The position numbers and the translations under genes are program-made. Under the pieces are notes generated by a model that was not told where the DNA came from, searched no databases, and saw nothing but the letters and a program-made list of their open reading frames with translations. Below, piece by piece: positions 24,444 to 39,111 of a DNA stretch of 64,000 nucleotides. Positions within the stretch are counted from its first letter, which is position 1; every line of letters starts with the position of its first letter. Origin of the DNA: Octopus vulgaris (taxonomy: Eukaryota); contig OX597817.1 of assembly GCA_951406725.2 (NCBI GenBank), forward strand, positions 139,252,001 through 139,316,000. The letters run 5' to 3'.

Positions 24444-24989
24444 TATGTGAGTGAGTATACGTGTGTGAAAGTGATCCTCAAATCGGAGACGAACGCAAAT
24501 GTATCTACACTGACGGATCTTGAATAAGAATTACTTTATATAATATTTGACAGAGGAAAATAAAATGAATGAAAATTGAACGGAGAACAAAAGGATAATT
24601 AGAGATGGAATATGGCGGACGCTGGCTATTTACACACAAACATGCTTCAGGTTTAGTACAACACTATTTCTATATTTCTGGGGAAACCGGAACTGTGTTA
24701 AGAAAGATCTCCATTGATAACTTTTTAAAAACGTGGATTGCTTGACGGATGAGCGTATTTCCGGTTACACGAACGAATGTCGGCCACACACTAACTCTCA
24801 AATTACGTATTTAATTACGTTTCTTCTTGTTTTATATTTTTATCTTTAGTATTTTTCCGGTAAAAGTAAATTAGTCTGACAGGTGAAATAAAAGTGAAAT
24901 ATGCATCAGAGATGCTTCACCTGACGCAAGAAACTGTAAGAGCTATTCGGAGCTTTTGCAAGCTCTTCTAAATCCATTGCAAAACTAGA

Positions 24990-25620
24990 AACCCTTCCGT
25001 ATCATCAGCAAGTATCTCAAGGTCACAAGTATTTCGCCCCTTAACCTGTACACTACGCCTGCGTAGGGCAGCCAGAGCTAAGCTAGTTTTCACCCACGGA
25101 AGGGTTCCACGTTCAGTCTTTTATCAACCAAAGCCATCTTAGGCTAGTTTCAGCTGTTGTGTCTATTTCCTTACTGGCTTTCTTCAGTTGTCTGGATTCC
25201 TGACCTATCTTCTACAGGAAATAGCTCATTGATCCAAATGAAAAGCCGCGACCTCTTCAGTGGGGAATGAGGCAGCATGCCAGCTTTTGACAAGGAGCTA
25301 ATCGACTAAGTCTTGATATTTGGAGGAGAATATCACGCCTGTCCTTCCAGGACACTGTGAGTTCAGCCACGGACATTGCTTTTGTATTGCAGGAATACGT
25401 CTGGTCGGAGTGACGTTACCACTGTCTCCTCTCTTTCCGCAATATAATTGGTCAGATTATAGACTGGTCAACCTGAGACGTCTTAAGGATAACTGTCTGT
25501 TACAGAATCTCAACACCTCATTCCAGCAATTCTTCAAATGTGACATTGCAATGCAACTTTTGCAGTCCAGGGATATTTTATGTTCCTTGCTACTGTATTT
25601 TCCCTTTAGCTTTACCTGAA
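24990..25620 (-). mobile_element. Hero/NeSL-type RLE LINE 3' end, degenerate
   Basis: Minus translation TSLRPDVFL, ELTVSWKD, KYQDLV, LKKASKEIDTTAETSLRWLWLIKD. Confidence 0.75.
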
Positions 25621-26288
25621 AGATTCTATAAACTCCAGTCATTTTAATCCTAACCGCCATTTAGTGTTCATCGTACATCACTTAAGGACCTTACAGAACG
25701 ATGCTCATGGGCGAAAAATGTTTTGCTCAACAGATCTTTCGCTGATCATCACGTCTACTCTTCGAAGAATGTATCTGTTCTATGAGTTTCACTTTGGACT
25801 GAATTGTCACCCCACCCTCACTCTATCTGGAAAATCAACAACTAATATACGTCGTCATACACGTTTACTCCAATCTCTAAGTACTCAGCTATCACGATCT
25901 CTTTCAGTGTTTTAAGTTTTTCAGAGCTCATTTCACTGCTTGTACTCATATATGAGTTCACAACAATAATAGCGCGAGTCTTAAGTGGGAGTTCCTCTCC
26001 CAATTATTTGCTATCTAAAACAGACCAGAGAACAACAGTAATTTATTCTGAAAATTATTCAAAAGTAACAAGAGCTAGCCGAACAGTTGTTTGTGATTGA
26101 AGGAGTTCAAGGAGCTGTAAAGGCAGCAGTGAACTTGTATGAAAAGAAAGAAATACTTTGAGCCAAAGTAACAAGTTTTCGTTGACGAAATCTAAGAGAG
26201 AAAGGTTTGTTTAGGGAGAATAGATTCTGTGTAAAAGCAAGTTGAGAAATGTTGGAAAACAGAATACATAACTTATAAAAATGATGTG

Positions 26289-26893
26289 CAGGAACGTCGC
26301 CAAGCCCCTGCAACTCCTGCGGTTGTAGGGGGCCTCCGCGGTTCAGGGGTCTCATATTAAGATCAAAGTACGTAGATGAGTCATCTATTTACTTTGGTTA
26401 AAATGTTAAACAAGAATTCAACTTTGTTAACTGAAAATTTCAAGAAATAAAATAGTGATACATAGTACCTGCAAAAGTTCTTCGAAAAACAATTAAATTG
26501 TACCACGAAAGTGTACCAGACTTTGTGAATTGTCTATGATACCCATTGAACACGAACTTAGCTCTCAGCTTCATTGTTCTGAACTGATCGATGATTTCAC
26601 AAAGCGAAAAGAGCGCCGTGTTTGTCTTTGAAAGTTGCTTGAATTACAAAAATGCTTTCTTATTCATGTCTGGAAGTTTTACTTATTGAAATTTGTAATA
26701 GACCTAAATAAATTTAACTTGATGCACTTTTAAAGATGTTCTTTAGGATAACGTGAAATATTGAACTTCGGACAGAATAAAGTAAAATATATTTATGAAT
26801 AAAAGGTGCTTAGATTATGAATTTTGATTGAAGGGGTAGGGCCCTCGAAACAAAAAGTTGCAGGGGGCCTCTAAAAGTTAAACGGCGGAACTG
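26289..26893 (+). mobile_element. Internally deleted hAT (Tip100/ZMYM1-like) element
   Basis: CAG...CTG termini, 8-bp TSD ATGATGTG/ACGATGTG, C-terminal remnant LSMIPIEHELSSQLHCSELIDDFTKRKERRVCL*. Confidence 0.8.
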
Positions 26894-27077
26894 ACGATGT
26901 GTTAAAAGATATCAAGTTAGAGTTTTGAGTTTCTCACAGGAATAAAAATGTAGCCTTTATGCTTGAAGTAGATCGTGTGTAGGGTCAAGATGTATGGTGT
27001 ACAGGGCGAATAAACCCTAACTTCGAAGTCGCTGTCGACCCTTTTCTTTGGTACACACACGCGCGCGCTTATGTATG

Positions 27078-27255
27078 TAGGGAGAGTTTACGAAAAAAAC
27101 AAAAGACGAAGACAGGTGGTATACAAAACAAACAGATGTATTAGTATAACGCTCAGGAATAGAGAAAGTCTTTTACGTTTCGAGCCTACGCTCTTCTACA
27201 GAAAGGGACACAGAAAAAACAGGGAGAGAAACAAGGAGAGAAAAAAAGGAGAGAA
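27078..27255 (-). mobile_element. PLE pLTR family 1 copy with hammerhead (27170-27205)
   Basis: rc cttt-CTGTAGA-agagcgtaggctc-GAAACGTA-aaag. Confidence 0.75.
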
Positions 27256-27760
27256 AAGTATGTATGTATGTATGTATGTATGTGTGACGGGTTTTAATCA
27301 GATTCAGTCTACCAAATTCCATTCACAGAATATTGGTCAGTTCGATATTATGATGTCAGATCGTGCAATAAGATCGAACTTGGAATTATGAGGGGGGGGG
27401 GGGTTACCACGCAGCTACACATGTGCTAAACGGATAAAAATTAACAACTATCTAAAGTTGAAGTATTTAGACATGGAAGAAAGTAAACCTAACCCTCTGC
27501 CATCACAATATTAACCACTTGATATAGCTTTCTACGTAATAGTTGTGAGTTCAAATCAGGCCTCCGCCAGCATTGCTTTTTGCTATCTTGAATACGATAT
27601 ATTTACAACATAAATATTTAAGAAATAGGAAACCTTTTAATATAGTTTCCGAGCCCCCACATCTCTCTCCCTTTCTCTCTCACAAAGCTAAGGGCTTATC
27701 CGCGTCTTCGTGGAGATTAACCAAATAATTCAACAAGATTAAAATAAAACTTCCACTTAC

Positions 27761-27824
27761 TTTTATTACACTGGGTAGAACTGAGAATGGTTAGTGAGAC
27801 CAAGGTAAATAGTAAACGCATCAT
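27761..27824 (-). CDS. First coding exon (signal peptide) of a putative neuropeptide/prohormone precursor: MMRLLFTLVSLTILSSTQCNK + 1 nt
   Basis: Minus strand reads gacATGATG CGT TTA CTA TTT ACC TTG GTC TCA CTA ACC ATT CTC AGT TCT ACC CAG TGT AAT AAA A|GTAAGT: basic N-terminus, hydrophobic core, T-Q-C (-3/-1) cleavage motif, consensus donor at 27760-27755, phase 1, matching the acceptor at 5812. Confidence 0.8.
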
Positions 27825-27904
27825 GTCGCTGTTCTTCTTCTCCTTTTTCTTCTTTTTCTTCAATAATAGTAATCGTAAGAAGTATTTGGTTCTAGTTGAC
27901 TGTT

Positions 27905-28125
27905 AATTATTGATGATGATGATGATGACGATAGCGATGACAATGATGGTGATGATGACGATGATGATGATGGCTCTAGTGGAAGCTGTTTAAAATCTTT
28001 TTTTGTTGTTAGCCGTGTTTGTTGTTGTTGCAATTGTTATCGATATTATTGGGTATTATCGTTGTTGCTTTAAATTCATTATCACTCAATATTAGATTCA
28101 CACTATTGTTACAACTTGTCGATAT

Positions 28126-28159
<34 letters not shown>

Positions 28160-28540
28160 GTTGTGATGGCGGTGGCGGCGGAGGAGGAGGTGGTATCAGT
28201 GTCCCTGCTTCTGATGAATTTTTTATATTGTTGTTTTAGGTGTTGTAGTTATTCATGGTGTTCTTGGTGTTGTTGATGAATTGGTTGTGGTGGTGGTGGT
28301 GGTGGTGGTGGTGGTAGTGGTCGTCGTCGTCGTAATGGTTCGTGGTGTTGCTAATGGTGGCGGTGGTGGTTGCGGTGGTGGTGGTTGCGGTGGTGGTGGT
28401 TGCGGTTGCGGTGGTGGTGGTGGTGTTAGAAGGGAAGACAGACTAAACCATAGAACTGTTCCTGTTTTGGGCCTTACTTGCTGTTGCTGTTGTTGTCGTC
28501 AATGAAGGTGGTGGTGGTGGTGGTGGTGGTGGTGGTGACA
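27905..28540. repeat. Mixed trinucleotide repeats (GAT/GTT/GGT)n between the promoter and the ATG
   Basis: Directly visible. Confidence 0.9.
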
Positions 28541-28574
28541 GTTCGAGATGTGCCACAGCAACATAAAATGCGAT

Positions 28575-28940
28575 GTAGTGACGTTACTCACTCAACTACT
28601 TTCTCCTTTTATAACTTTATACCATCTCCAACATTAATCACTCGACAGCCTCTTTTTCATTTTCTTGCCTCCCACAATCGATACCACACCCACAATGACC
28701 ACCACCACCACCACCACCACCACCCACAATCCTCTCCACGCACTTGTTCTTTAATAGCCACAACCCCTAACCCTTACCCGACCACCTACGCTTCCTTCGT
28801 TTTGTGTCAAACAACGCCATCATTCCTTATCACAAACCGTCTTCGAAATTATAAGTCTTGCGCAGTTTTCTTGTCCACCATCAACACTCCCCGCCGTCCC
28901 GCCGCCCGCCACCCGCCCGCTCTCATCACTCAATGCCAAT
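28575..28940 (-). promoter_or_regulatory. Putative core and proximal promoter of the precursor gene
   Basis: TATAAAAG (minus, 28613-28606) with Inr-like TCACT ~34 nt downstream; CRE-like TGACGTTA 28579-28586; GC-box cluster 28889-28920; CCAAT 28936-28940; located ~0.75 kb 5' of the ATG. Confidence 0.55.
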
Positions 28941-29087
28941 GAAGCGTTTTAACGTTCGCAGAGCAAATATTGTTGTTATTTCCTGACAAACTCTTAAAAA
29001 CCAAAGATATATTTGCAACCAATTAAGTATTTAGTCCGTGTGTGCATGTTGGGGATGGGCAGCGGGCCGAAACCAGTAATTACACAT

Positions 29088-29414
<327 letters not shown>

Positions 29415-29426
29415 TATATATATATA

Positions 29427-29471
<45 letters not shown>

Positions 29472-29656
29472 TTCGACAAGGTATAAATAATGGTCATTCG
29501 ATATTTTTCCTTTATTGGAGTAAATTGCCCTTACAGCTGTTTCCAGTAGTCCTTATACGTTCGTTATGGTTAGGTTTCTCAATTGGTCATTAATAATAAT
29601 GATTTCAAATTTTGGCACAAGGTCAGCAAGATCGGGGGAGGGATAAGTCGATCCAA

Positions 29657-31905
29657 AATGACAAACCAACCATGCTCTGGGATATGCCAATACACACACA
29701 TAGAGAAATCAAGGTTAATAGACCTAATATAATTATCAGAGATCACAAAGGGGAAAAAAATGCCTTCTAATCGATCTATCAATTCCAACAAATGACAATG
29801 TATCTCTAAAAGGAACGCAGAAACTTTCAAAATACAAAGAGAGGTAACTCGAATGGGGAGCCTAAACACAGGAACGGTTCCTATGATAACAGGCGCTTTA
29901 GGTATGTTAAAAATGTTCAGACAAATACATAACCAAAACATCAGGACTTTCGAATGTATATAACAAACAGAAAATAGCACTGCACCCATCCTATGTAAAA
30001 CACTTTCAATACTGTGAAAATAAGAGTACCTCAACGAACTACAGCACATGCCCAAGGCACACAGAGCTGCGCTCGGTAGTGCAGAGAAAACACTTCCAGA
30101 AGAACAGAAAGGATTCGGGTAACAAAGTAGGGCAACAAAAGGTCACTTATTGATAAAATGATAATTATAAATTGTAGACGCAGGTTGACGGGACTGAATG
30201 TAGCATGGCTCGGTTACAAAAAAGCATATGGTATGGTATCACACAGTTGGATAAGTAAAACAATGAGCATGTTTGGGGTAGCAAATAACATGGAGAAAAT
30301 GCTTAATGAAAGCGTGAAACATTGGAATTGATTGGAGGAAAACAAAAACTCAGAAAGGTGAACATCAGACGTGGAATATTCCAAGGTGACAGCTTATCTT
30401 CGTTACTATTCGTATTGGCCATGACACCGCTCACTATGATACTACGAAAAGTTAAAAATGCTTACGATTTGGGAAAAGGAAATGGTCAGATAAATCATCG
30501 CCTTTTCATGAATGATATAAAGGTTTATGCGAAAAATGAGAAACAGCTTGAAAGCTTTCTATGTACTATCCGCATTTTCTCAAACGACGAAGGTATGGAA
30601 TTTGGGATAGTAAAGTGTGCTATATTGAAAATGAAACACGAAAGAAACCAAGGAATTAAAATGTCAAATGGCCAAACAATGAGAGCGGTTGAGAAAGGGC
30701 AGTGGTATAAGTACTTGGGAATACTGGAAGCAGAGGAGAAAAGAAATGAAGAAATGAAACAAATTACCAATAGAGAGTACACAAGGAGAGTAAGAAAATT
30801 ATTGCAGTCAAAGCTGAATTCCAAAAAGCAATAAATTCAAGAGCAGTACCCTTAATCAGACAGGGAGTTGGAATTATAGACTGGACTAGAAAGGATATAA
30901 AGAAACTTGACAGAAAAAGCTAGGAAGTTGTTGACGATGTATGGAGCCTACTATCAGAAAGTTGATATCAAACGGATGTACTTGAGGAGAGAATATGTAC
31001 GGATGGAAAGAGAAAGTCTAGTAGAGTATTTACAAGACAGCACAGAAAATCTACAAAAGACAGTTTAGAGAGAACAGGTGATGAAGCACATAATAGGAGA
31101 AAAGGACAAGAACGAAATACAAAGAGAGCACGTCAAAGAGATCGAAGAGGAACCTCTACATGGCCAATTTTGGAGAGCCGCTGAAGATGTATGTGGAACT
31201 TGGTTAAAAAGGGTGCAACTTGGTTTTAAAATTGGCTTGGTTAAAAATGGGGTAATTAAAAAAAAAAGAAACAGAGAACCTAATTGTAGCAGCCTAAGAT
31301 GAAGTAATAAAAACAAACAACTTGAGAAAAGATATATATTGAGAGAATGTCAGAAAAATGTAGAACCTGTGGAACTTGGAACGAGACTGGCACACATTAT
31401 GGAAGAATGCCCCAAGTTGGCACAGGAAGAATATAAGAAATGGAAGTACGACCAGTTTGTAAAGGTTTTACACCGGAAACTACTAGAAATGGGGATTTGA
31501 AGCTAGAAACACCTGGTACAATCATAGAGTCGAAAGAGAACTGGAGTCGGAGAAATGTAAGATTTTGTGGGACTTTCCTAGTCAAACATACCTGAAGTTA
31601 GAAAAGAATAGACCAGACAAAGAATTATAGAGAAGGAAGGCGAAGTTGCTTACTTGTCGACCTATCATGCCCGTTTGATTCCAGGATCGTAAAGGAAGAG
31701 GGGAACAAACATAAAGGTACAATCCCTTAAAATTTGAAATAGGAAGAATTTGGAGCATGAGAACTGTATAGTACTTTCAGAAAACAGCACTGCTTGGAAC
31801 CGCTCGAATATTCCGGAAGGTGCTTGAAAAATAAGAGGTGTTACCTTAGTTCACTGGTAGTGAACAGCTGATACTGTAATACATCTCCAGCGTTAGAAGC
31901 TGTGC

Positions 31906-31972
<67 letters not shown>

Positions 31973-32580
31973 TGACTGTCCCAATCGATATAAATGTATC
32001 TGTCAAGACCTACCAAAAACTGAGCAAGTATAAAGATCTTGAAATAGAAATTAGCAAAATGTGGAACCTGAAGACTAAAACAATACTTGTTGTCATAGGT
32101 ACCCTAGGAATGATAGCAAAAGGGGCTGATTGCTACCTAGCTCAGATACCAGGAAACCACAAAATGGCAGATATTCAAAAGATAGTGCTCATGGGAACTG
32201 CCCATATCCTACGTAAAATACTTTCTATGTAATCTCAAATTTTAAAACAAACATAATTTTCTTATGGTTTCTCAAACATTCTCTAAAACAATACTATGTA
32301 TAAAACCAAATATATGACACCCTACGCATAACACCAACATGGACTTCCAACTTGTTGTCTTTGGAGGTCTCTGGGTGAGACTTGGAGCCAACTTGTACAA
32401 AAGCAAAGCAAAAGTCAAACATAAAATAATAATAATAATAATAATAATAATAAACCAACTCAATCGCACTACCCGAAAGAGAAAGACAATGACAACGCAT
32501 GGTGCCCTCCACCCTAAGGCAAACGTACACAGGCTCTGCATGAACAGGGGGAAGGTGGACGTAGGCTAATTAGCTTACTG
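29657..32580 (+). mobile_element. Second tandem cluster of R4/Dong-type LINE fragments (RT, RLE and several 3' ends) separated by (TAA)n
   Basis: RRGIFQGDSLSSLLF, LFMNDIK, YKYLGILE; KLSKYKDLEIEISKMW; 3' UTRs shared with 12421-12500 and 14441-14470. Confidence 0.88.
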
Positions 32581-34025
32581 GCAGAAACACGTCAGAATAT
32601 TTGATAAACAGTAAACAAGACCTGCTACAACCTGTTGCTAATGCATTTATGATAATTTTTATAATGAAAATAAGCAAAACAAAGGATTCTTGGGTTTATT
32701 TTTATCTACTTTGAACAGTTTTTCACTTAGGGATCTTCAGGGAACAATAGGACAGCTGACTCTCGTAGATTATTTAGTGCAAGTGCCGAGAACAACAGAA
32801 AGGGACTCATAGCAAAATCTCGATCAGAGTTTCGAATCCAGGAAGCGATTTGCTTCATTGTCTTTACGTTTGAATTCAATAAGTCAGGTTCGATTCCTAG
32901 GCCAGTATTCCTTACATGTGTGTGTGTGTGTGTGTGTGTACGTGTGTGTATATATGTCATTATTCAGTTTTATTTCAAGATTTTTTGCCAATAGAGAAAG
33001 ATCCAGTTTCTAACCTAGATCCAAGGTTCCTTCATTGGAACTTCAACATCAACAGGATGTTTTTATTTGTATGTACGTACATACGTACGTACGTACGTAT
33101 GTATGTATGTATGTATGTATGTATGTATGTATGTATGTATGTATGTATGTATGTATGCATGCATGTACGTATGTATGTATGCATGCATGCATGTACGTAT
33201 GTATGTATGTATGTATGTATGCATGCATGTACGTATGTATGTATGTATGTATGTATGTATGTATGTATGCATGCATGTATGTATGTATGCGCATTATTTG
33301 GAATCCGTGCATGAGCAGATTTGTATGTTTTGTTTTATGCGCGCGCTTGTATCAAGTAATAAGGGACCATCATTCGCTTCTATTATCATGCCTTTGTATT
33401 CACGCGCCAGACACAATAACACTGTGTCAACATTAACAAGAAATTCTCAACTTGTTCTCCTTAATATTCATTGTGTCTAAACTAACAGTCTCATACAAAT
33501 CGCTCCTGTAATAGCACTTTAACAGCTTCACACCATTAATAAAGCTTTCTGTATATCGATAGGTTTTAGAAGGTTCCTGGAACTGATAAGATTTAATAAA
33601 AGGGGTTTAACCTGAAATACATAAATGAACACCTATTTTCCATTTACATATATATATAAAGTACCTGTTGATGGAATATTCATGAAAAATGTAAGCTTCC
33701 CCTGCCATGGAGTAATGAAAAGCTATTAGAATAGAAAGGTGTTAAATCACTCATACATTAGACATGAATGTTCTGTTCTTATTGATTTATAAAGCAAACA
33801 TGTGAAGGAAAAAATGGAACCCGAATGACTGACAAATGGCGGCTGTTTGAACGACATTTTGAAAAATAATTAAACATGAAACATTAATAATAAATATCTA
33901 AAGAAGATGAATCAATTATCACATGAGACTAGATTCATGAATATGTAGTTTCGTGATAGGCATACGACCGTGTGTGCGTGCGTGCGTGTGTGCGCGTGTG
34001 CGCGTGTGCGCGTGTGCGCGTGTGC

Positions 34026-34059
<34 letters not shown>

Positions 34060-35124
34060 ATTGTACGAAGTGTGCAGACTCTTACTGCTATTTTCGCCCA
34101 CAACACTTCACTTCATATCATTCCCACACATATCATACACACTCAACAAACATCCCACATTCTTACACACACCTACACACACACATACATAAATACAAAC
34201 ACACTCATACATACACACATACATACATATATATACATGCATACACACACATACATACATACCTACATACGTACGTACGTACATACATACATGCATGCAT
34301 ACGTACATACATACATATGTACTTACATACGTACATACATACATACATACAGATACATATATACACACACATACATACATACATGCATACATACATACAT
34401 GCATACGTACGTACATACATAAGTACGTACATGCATATACAAACATACATGTACAAACATACATACATACATACATACAGACATACATACATACACGCAC
34501 ATACATACATACATGCATACATACGTACATACGTACATACATACGTACATACATACATACGTACATACATACATACATACATACATACATACATACATAC
34601 ATACATACATACATACATACATACATACATACATACATACATACATACATACATACATGCATACATCTATCCATACGTACATACATATCGGCCAGTAGTT
34701 CATGTATCCGAAAAAGAGACACACTCTACATCATTAGGCGAGTCATAAGACTCCAATGGTCATTTCAGTCCGACCACTCGCCTATACAGCTAAACACTTT
34801 TCTAGGTGCGAAACCAATGGTCATTTTCTGACCAACCACAACAAACAACCTCATATATGACAGATCTCTACTCTCTTCATCTCCCGATCATAAATAGCAG
34901 GACTGTAAGACTTTACGGCGTACGTAGCTCAAGGTGAAAGTGGATGTCTATGTCCCTGCCTGTGTGTATGTTTGCTGTGTGTGTGTCTATACACACTCCC
35001 CCATGTTAACAAGGGTAGTACTCCTCCCCGTCTTAATGCAATCTAATCCCTCTTTAACACGTCTCACCCTTTCTATATTTTTCCCCGTTTACTTTCTCTT
35101 GTATGCTTTCTTTTCTACGGTTTA

Positions 35125-35502
35125 CTCTCTTTACTCTTTTATTTGTTTCAGTCATTTGACTGTGGCCATGCTGGAGCACCGCCTTTAGTTGGACTTATTC
35201 TTTGTAAGCCTAGTACTTAGTATATCAGTCTCTTTTGACGAACCGCTAAGTTACGGGGATGTAAACACACCAGCATCAGTTGTCAAGCGATGTTGGGGGG
35301 ACAAACATATACACACACATACAAATATATAGATATATACGACGGGCTTCTTCGGTTTCCGTCTACCAAATCCACTCTCAAGGCTTTGGTCGGCCCGAGG
35401 CTATAGTAGAAGACACTTGCCCAAGGTGCCACGCAGTGGGACTGAACCCGGAACCATGTGGTTCGTAAGCAAGCTACTTACCACACAGCCACTCCTACAC
35501 CT
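35125..35502 (-). mobile_element. SINE family C
   Basis: Homology to 18620-19001. Confidence 0.85.
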
Positions 35503-35906
35503 ATATACGTTTATACGTTTATATTTACAATTATTTACAATTATTTGCCATGGAAAAAAAACCAGCATGATTCCCTGGACTCAATATTTCAGCAGGACAC
35601 CTTTTTATGTACACATGTACCTGATCCAACTCAGACTGCGAAACTGATGCAGCACATCCGACCCATAGAGCACAATTGCAGGATGGATCGAATCGATCAT
35701 CGTACTGGATAAAGACTAATACCAAATCCATCTTTTGTTTCCTTAATCGATAATTATCTCAACACTACGTAATTCCTGAAGTAGATCCAACGGAAATATA
35801 CCCCAACTCTGGATAACACCAGGTAGCCGAAAACTGTGCCAGTGCTTTACTCAACACATCAACACAATAATTGACATATACCAATTAGTCCAAAAATTTC
35901 ATACAT

Positions 35907-36163
<257 letters not shown>

Positions 36164-36313
36164 ATATGAGGGGTCTTGTTCATTGGTAATCTAGACGAAT
36201 ATGTACGCTGAGTAAGTGCTACTATTGGTCATCCGTTAGGTTCCAAGTTCACGGCTGGAGCTTGGCTAGGGATCCGTAGTAGGCTTCTGATTTTGCAGGT
36301 ATATATCATATTA

Positions 36314-36831
36314 GAGGAAAAGGACAACAAAAACCAAGGCAAGACGAGTATTTCAAGTCATTTATAATAATTTAGGGTAAGGTGAATTTGAGGTCTTACA
36401 GCTGTTTGTGGGATATCCCAAGTGATAGGCTAGCATGGCCGTACATTGGGTATTCAGTCATCAGAGACACGTTGAGTATGTATGAAAGACAAGGAGATTC
36501 GCAGTTTATAAAGGAATAAAATAGTAGATAGAAGAACACAGATAGGAGAATAAAAGTTTAGCTGTGAACTTTATCGCCTGTCTGTATTCTTCTATCTACT
36601 GTTTTATTCTTTATTCTTCTGTTTTTTTCCTTATAAACTGCGAATCTCCCTGTCTGAAACTTTCATACATACTCAACGTGTCTCTGAGGACGGAATATGC
36701 AGTGTACAGACATGCTAGCCTACCACTTGGGATATCCCAGAAACAGCTGTAAGGCCTCAAATTCACCCTACCCTAAATTATTATAAATGACTTGAAATAC
36801 TCGTCTTGCCTTGGTTTTTGTTGTCCTTTTC

Positions 36832-36834
<3 letters not shown>
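36314..36834. mobile_element. Inverted pair of pLTR-like repeats, each arm carrying a hammerhead
   Basis: ~250-bp arms; plus arm tct-CTGAGGA...GAAACAGCTGTA-agg (36681-36754); minus arm CTGATGA...AAACAGCTGTA (36392-36467). Confidence 0.8.
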
Positions 36835-36899
<65 letters not shown>

Positions 36900-36904
<5 letters not shown>

Positions 36905-37106
36905 AGAGTTTACGAAAAAAACAAAAGACGAAGACAGGTGGTGTACAAAACAAACAGATGTATTAGTATAACGCTCGAGAATTGAAAACGTCTTTTACGT
37001 TTTGAGCCTACGCTCTTCTACAGAAAGGGACACAGAAAAAACAAGGAGAGAAAAAATGTGTGTAGTGGCTAACGATCTATCATGGCGACTAGTGCCGGAC
37101 AGAAGG

Positions 37107-37110
<4 letters not shown>
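36900..37110 (-). mobile_element. PLE pLTR family 1 copy within (TA)n
   Basis: Homologous to 27078-27255 and 29213-29414. Confidence 0.8.
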
Positions 37111-37142
<32 letters not shown>

Positions 37143-37220
37143 ATAATAAATATTAGGGAATAAATCCAAACTTACAGGGAAAAATCAGATTTAGGATTAA
37201 ATCCAATTTTATAGTAAAAT

Positions 37221-37708
<488 letters not shown>

Positions 37709-37924
37709 TATTTCGTGTCACCAGAATTTCCGACTCGAGTCGAAAAGAACCAACCACTCCAAATCCTAATTACAGTGTGCTGCTTGTGTGTCCCCATCAT
37801 ACATATGAAGGGCGAATCCCATCAATTTGTTTATATTTTGTCTTGAATGAGGAAGGTTTCTCCGTAAGACTTGGAATTCCCTTTTAATCCATTGCACCAT
37901 TATCTGAAACACGCATATTAGATA

Positions 37925-38319
37925 CTAGCAGTATCGCCCGGCGTTGCTCGGGTTTGTAAGGGAAATAATTATATAAGCATTTTTAGAGATGTAAAGTATA
38001 ATAGCCATCTCAATATGGCTAACCACAAAGGGGGAGGGGTGTTACTGTAGCTTTTTACGTTCTGAGATTTAATAATAAATTTTAGAGAGTTACTTCCCTT
38101 ATATATGTCAAAGATGGATTAAAAATGGGAAAAATTGATGGTAAATTTTTTTTTAAATCGTAGACTCATCGTAGACGCGCGCTAATACCCAGACGGTCTC
38201 GATATGAATCACGACTATAAGATACCCGGTTTTGGTTAAACTGCACCGCAAAATGTGGGAGTAGTTAGGAATCTAAATCGTAGGAGACAGACACACAACC
38301 TCACTTTTATATATAAAGA
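37925..38319 (-). mobile_element. Non-autonomous Helitron
   Basis: rc 5' TCTTTATATATAAAAG ... 3' CCCGAGCAACGCCGGG hairpin + CTAG; A|T target. Confidence 0.8.
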
Positions 38320-38486
38320 TTTCCTCTATTTACATAATATTGAGGTCTCTTTCTTTCTTTTGTTATCTTACTGTTTTTACCAATATCCATATATATATAT
38401 ATATATAAAATATATATATAGTTACAGAGATGTACTTGCATAGCAAGTGACTTGATCTGAGATCGTGTGCTGGAACGAAAACAGTT

Positions 38487-38733
38487 GCAGCGTTGAAGGT
38501 GTTTATAAGCCATTTAAGAAACACACAAAAACCGTTAGATTCACTTCAACATTTAAATTTAATTTGTCAAAATATTTTCGTCGCTTTGAGACCGCGACCT
38601 GTTAGCACGATATTTTTGTCAGTGAACAGGTCGCGGTCTGAAAGCGACGAAAATATTTTGGCAAATTAAATTTAAATGTTGAAGTGAATGTAACGGTTTT
38701 TGTGTGTTTCTTAAATGGCTTACAAACACCTTC
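38487..38733. repeat. Inverted repeat (~110-bp arms)
   Basis: GAAGGTGTTTATAAGCCATTTAAGAAACACACAAAAACCGTT...AACGGTTTTTGTGTGTTTCTTAAATGGCTTACAAACACCTTC. Confidence 0.85.
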
Positions 38734-39111
38734 CACGCTGCAATATATATATACACATATATATATATATATGTATGTATGTATGTATGTGTGTATATGT
38801 GTATGCATGTATGTGTGTGTGTGTGCGTGTCTGTGCTTGTGATTGTCCTCCACCACTGCTTGACAACGAATGTTGGTTTGTTTACATCCCTGTCACCTAG
38901 TGGTTTGACAAAGGAAACAGATAGAATAAGTACAATGCTTACAAAAATAAAACTGGAGTTGATTCATTAAACTACAATTCTTCAAGGCATTGCCCCAGCA
39001 TGGCCACAGACCAATGGCTGGAAAAAGCAGAAGAATAAAAGAATACATTCTCTGCTTTGGTCATATGTTGAAGGCATGAGAAAGCTTGAGTTTACATGAG
39101 AAGGCCTAACA

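Noticed and set aside
28019-28942. Plus-strand ORFs with poly-V, poly-G and poly-H
   Set aside because: Triplet-repeat read-through antisense to the inferred leader and promoter; no domain or splice support.
33400-33635. Strong minus-strand acceptor-like TTTATGTATTTCAG near 33613
   Set aside because: No sustained ORF or donor follows, and it lies upstream of the inferred promoter.
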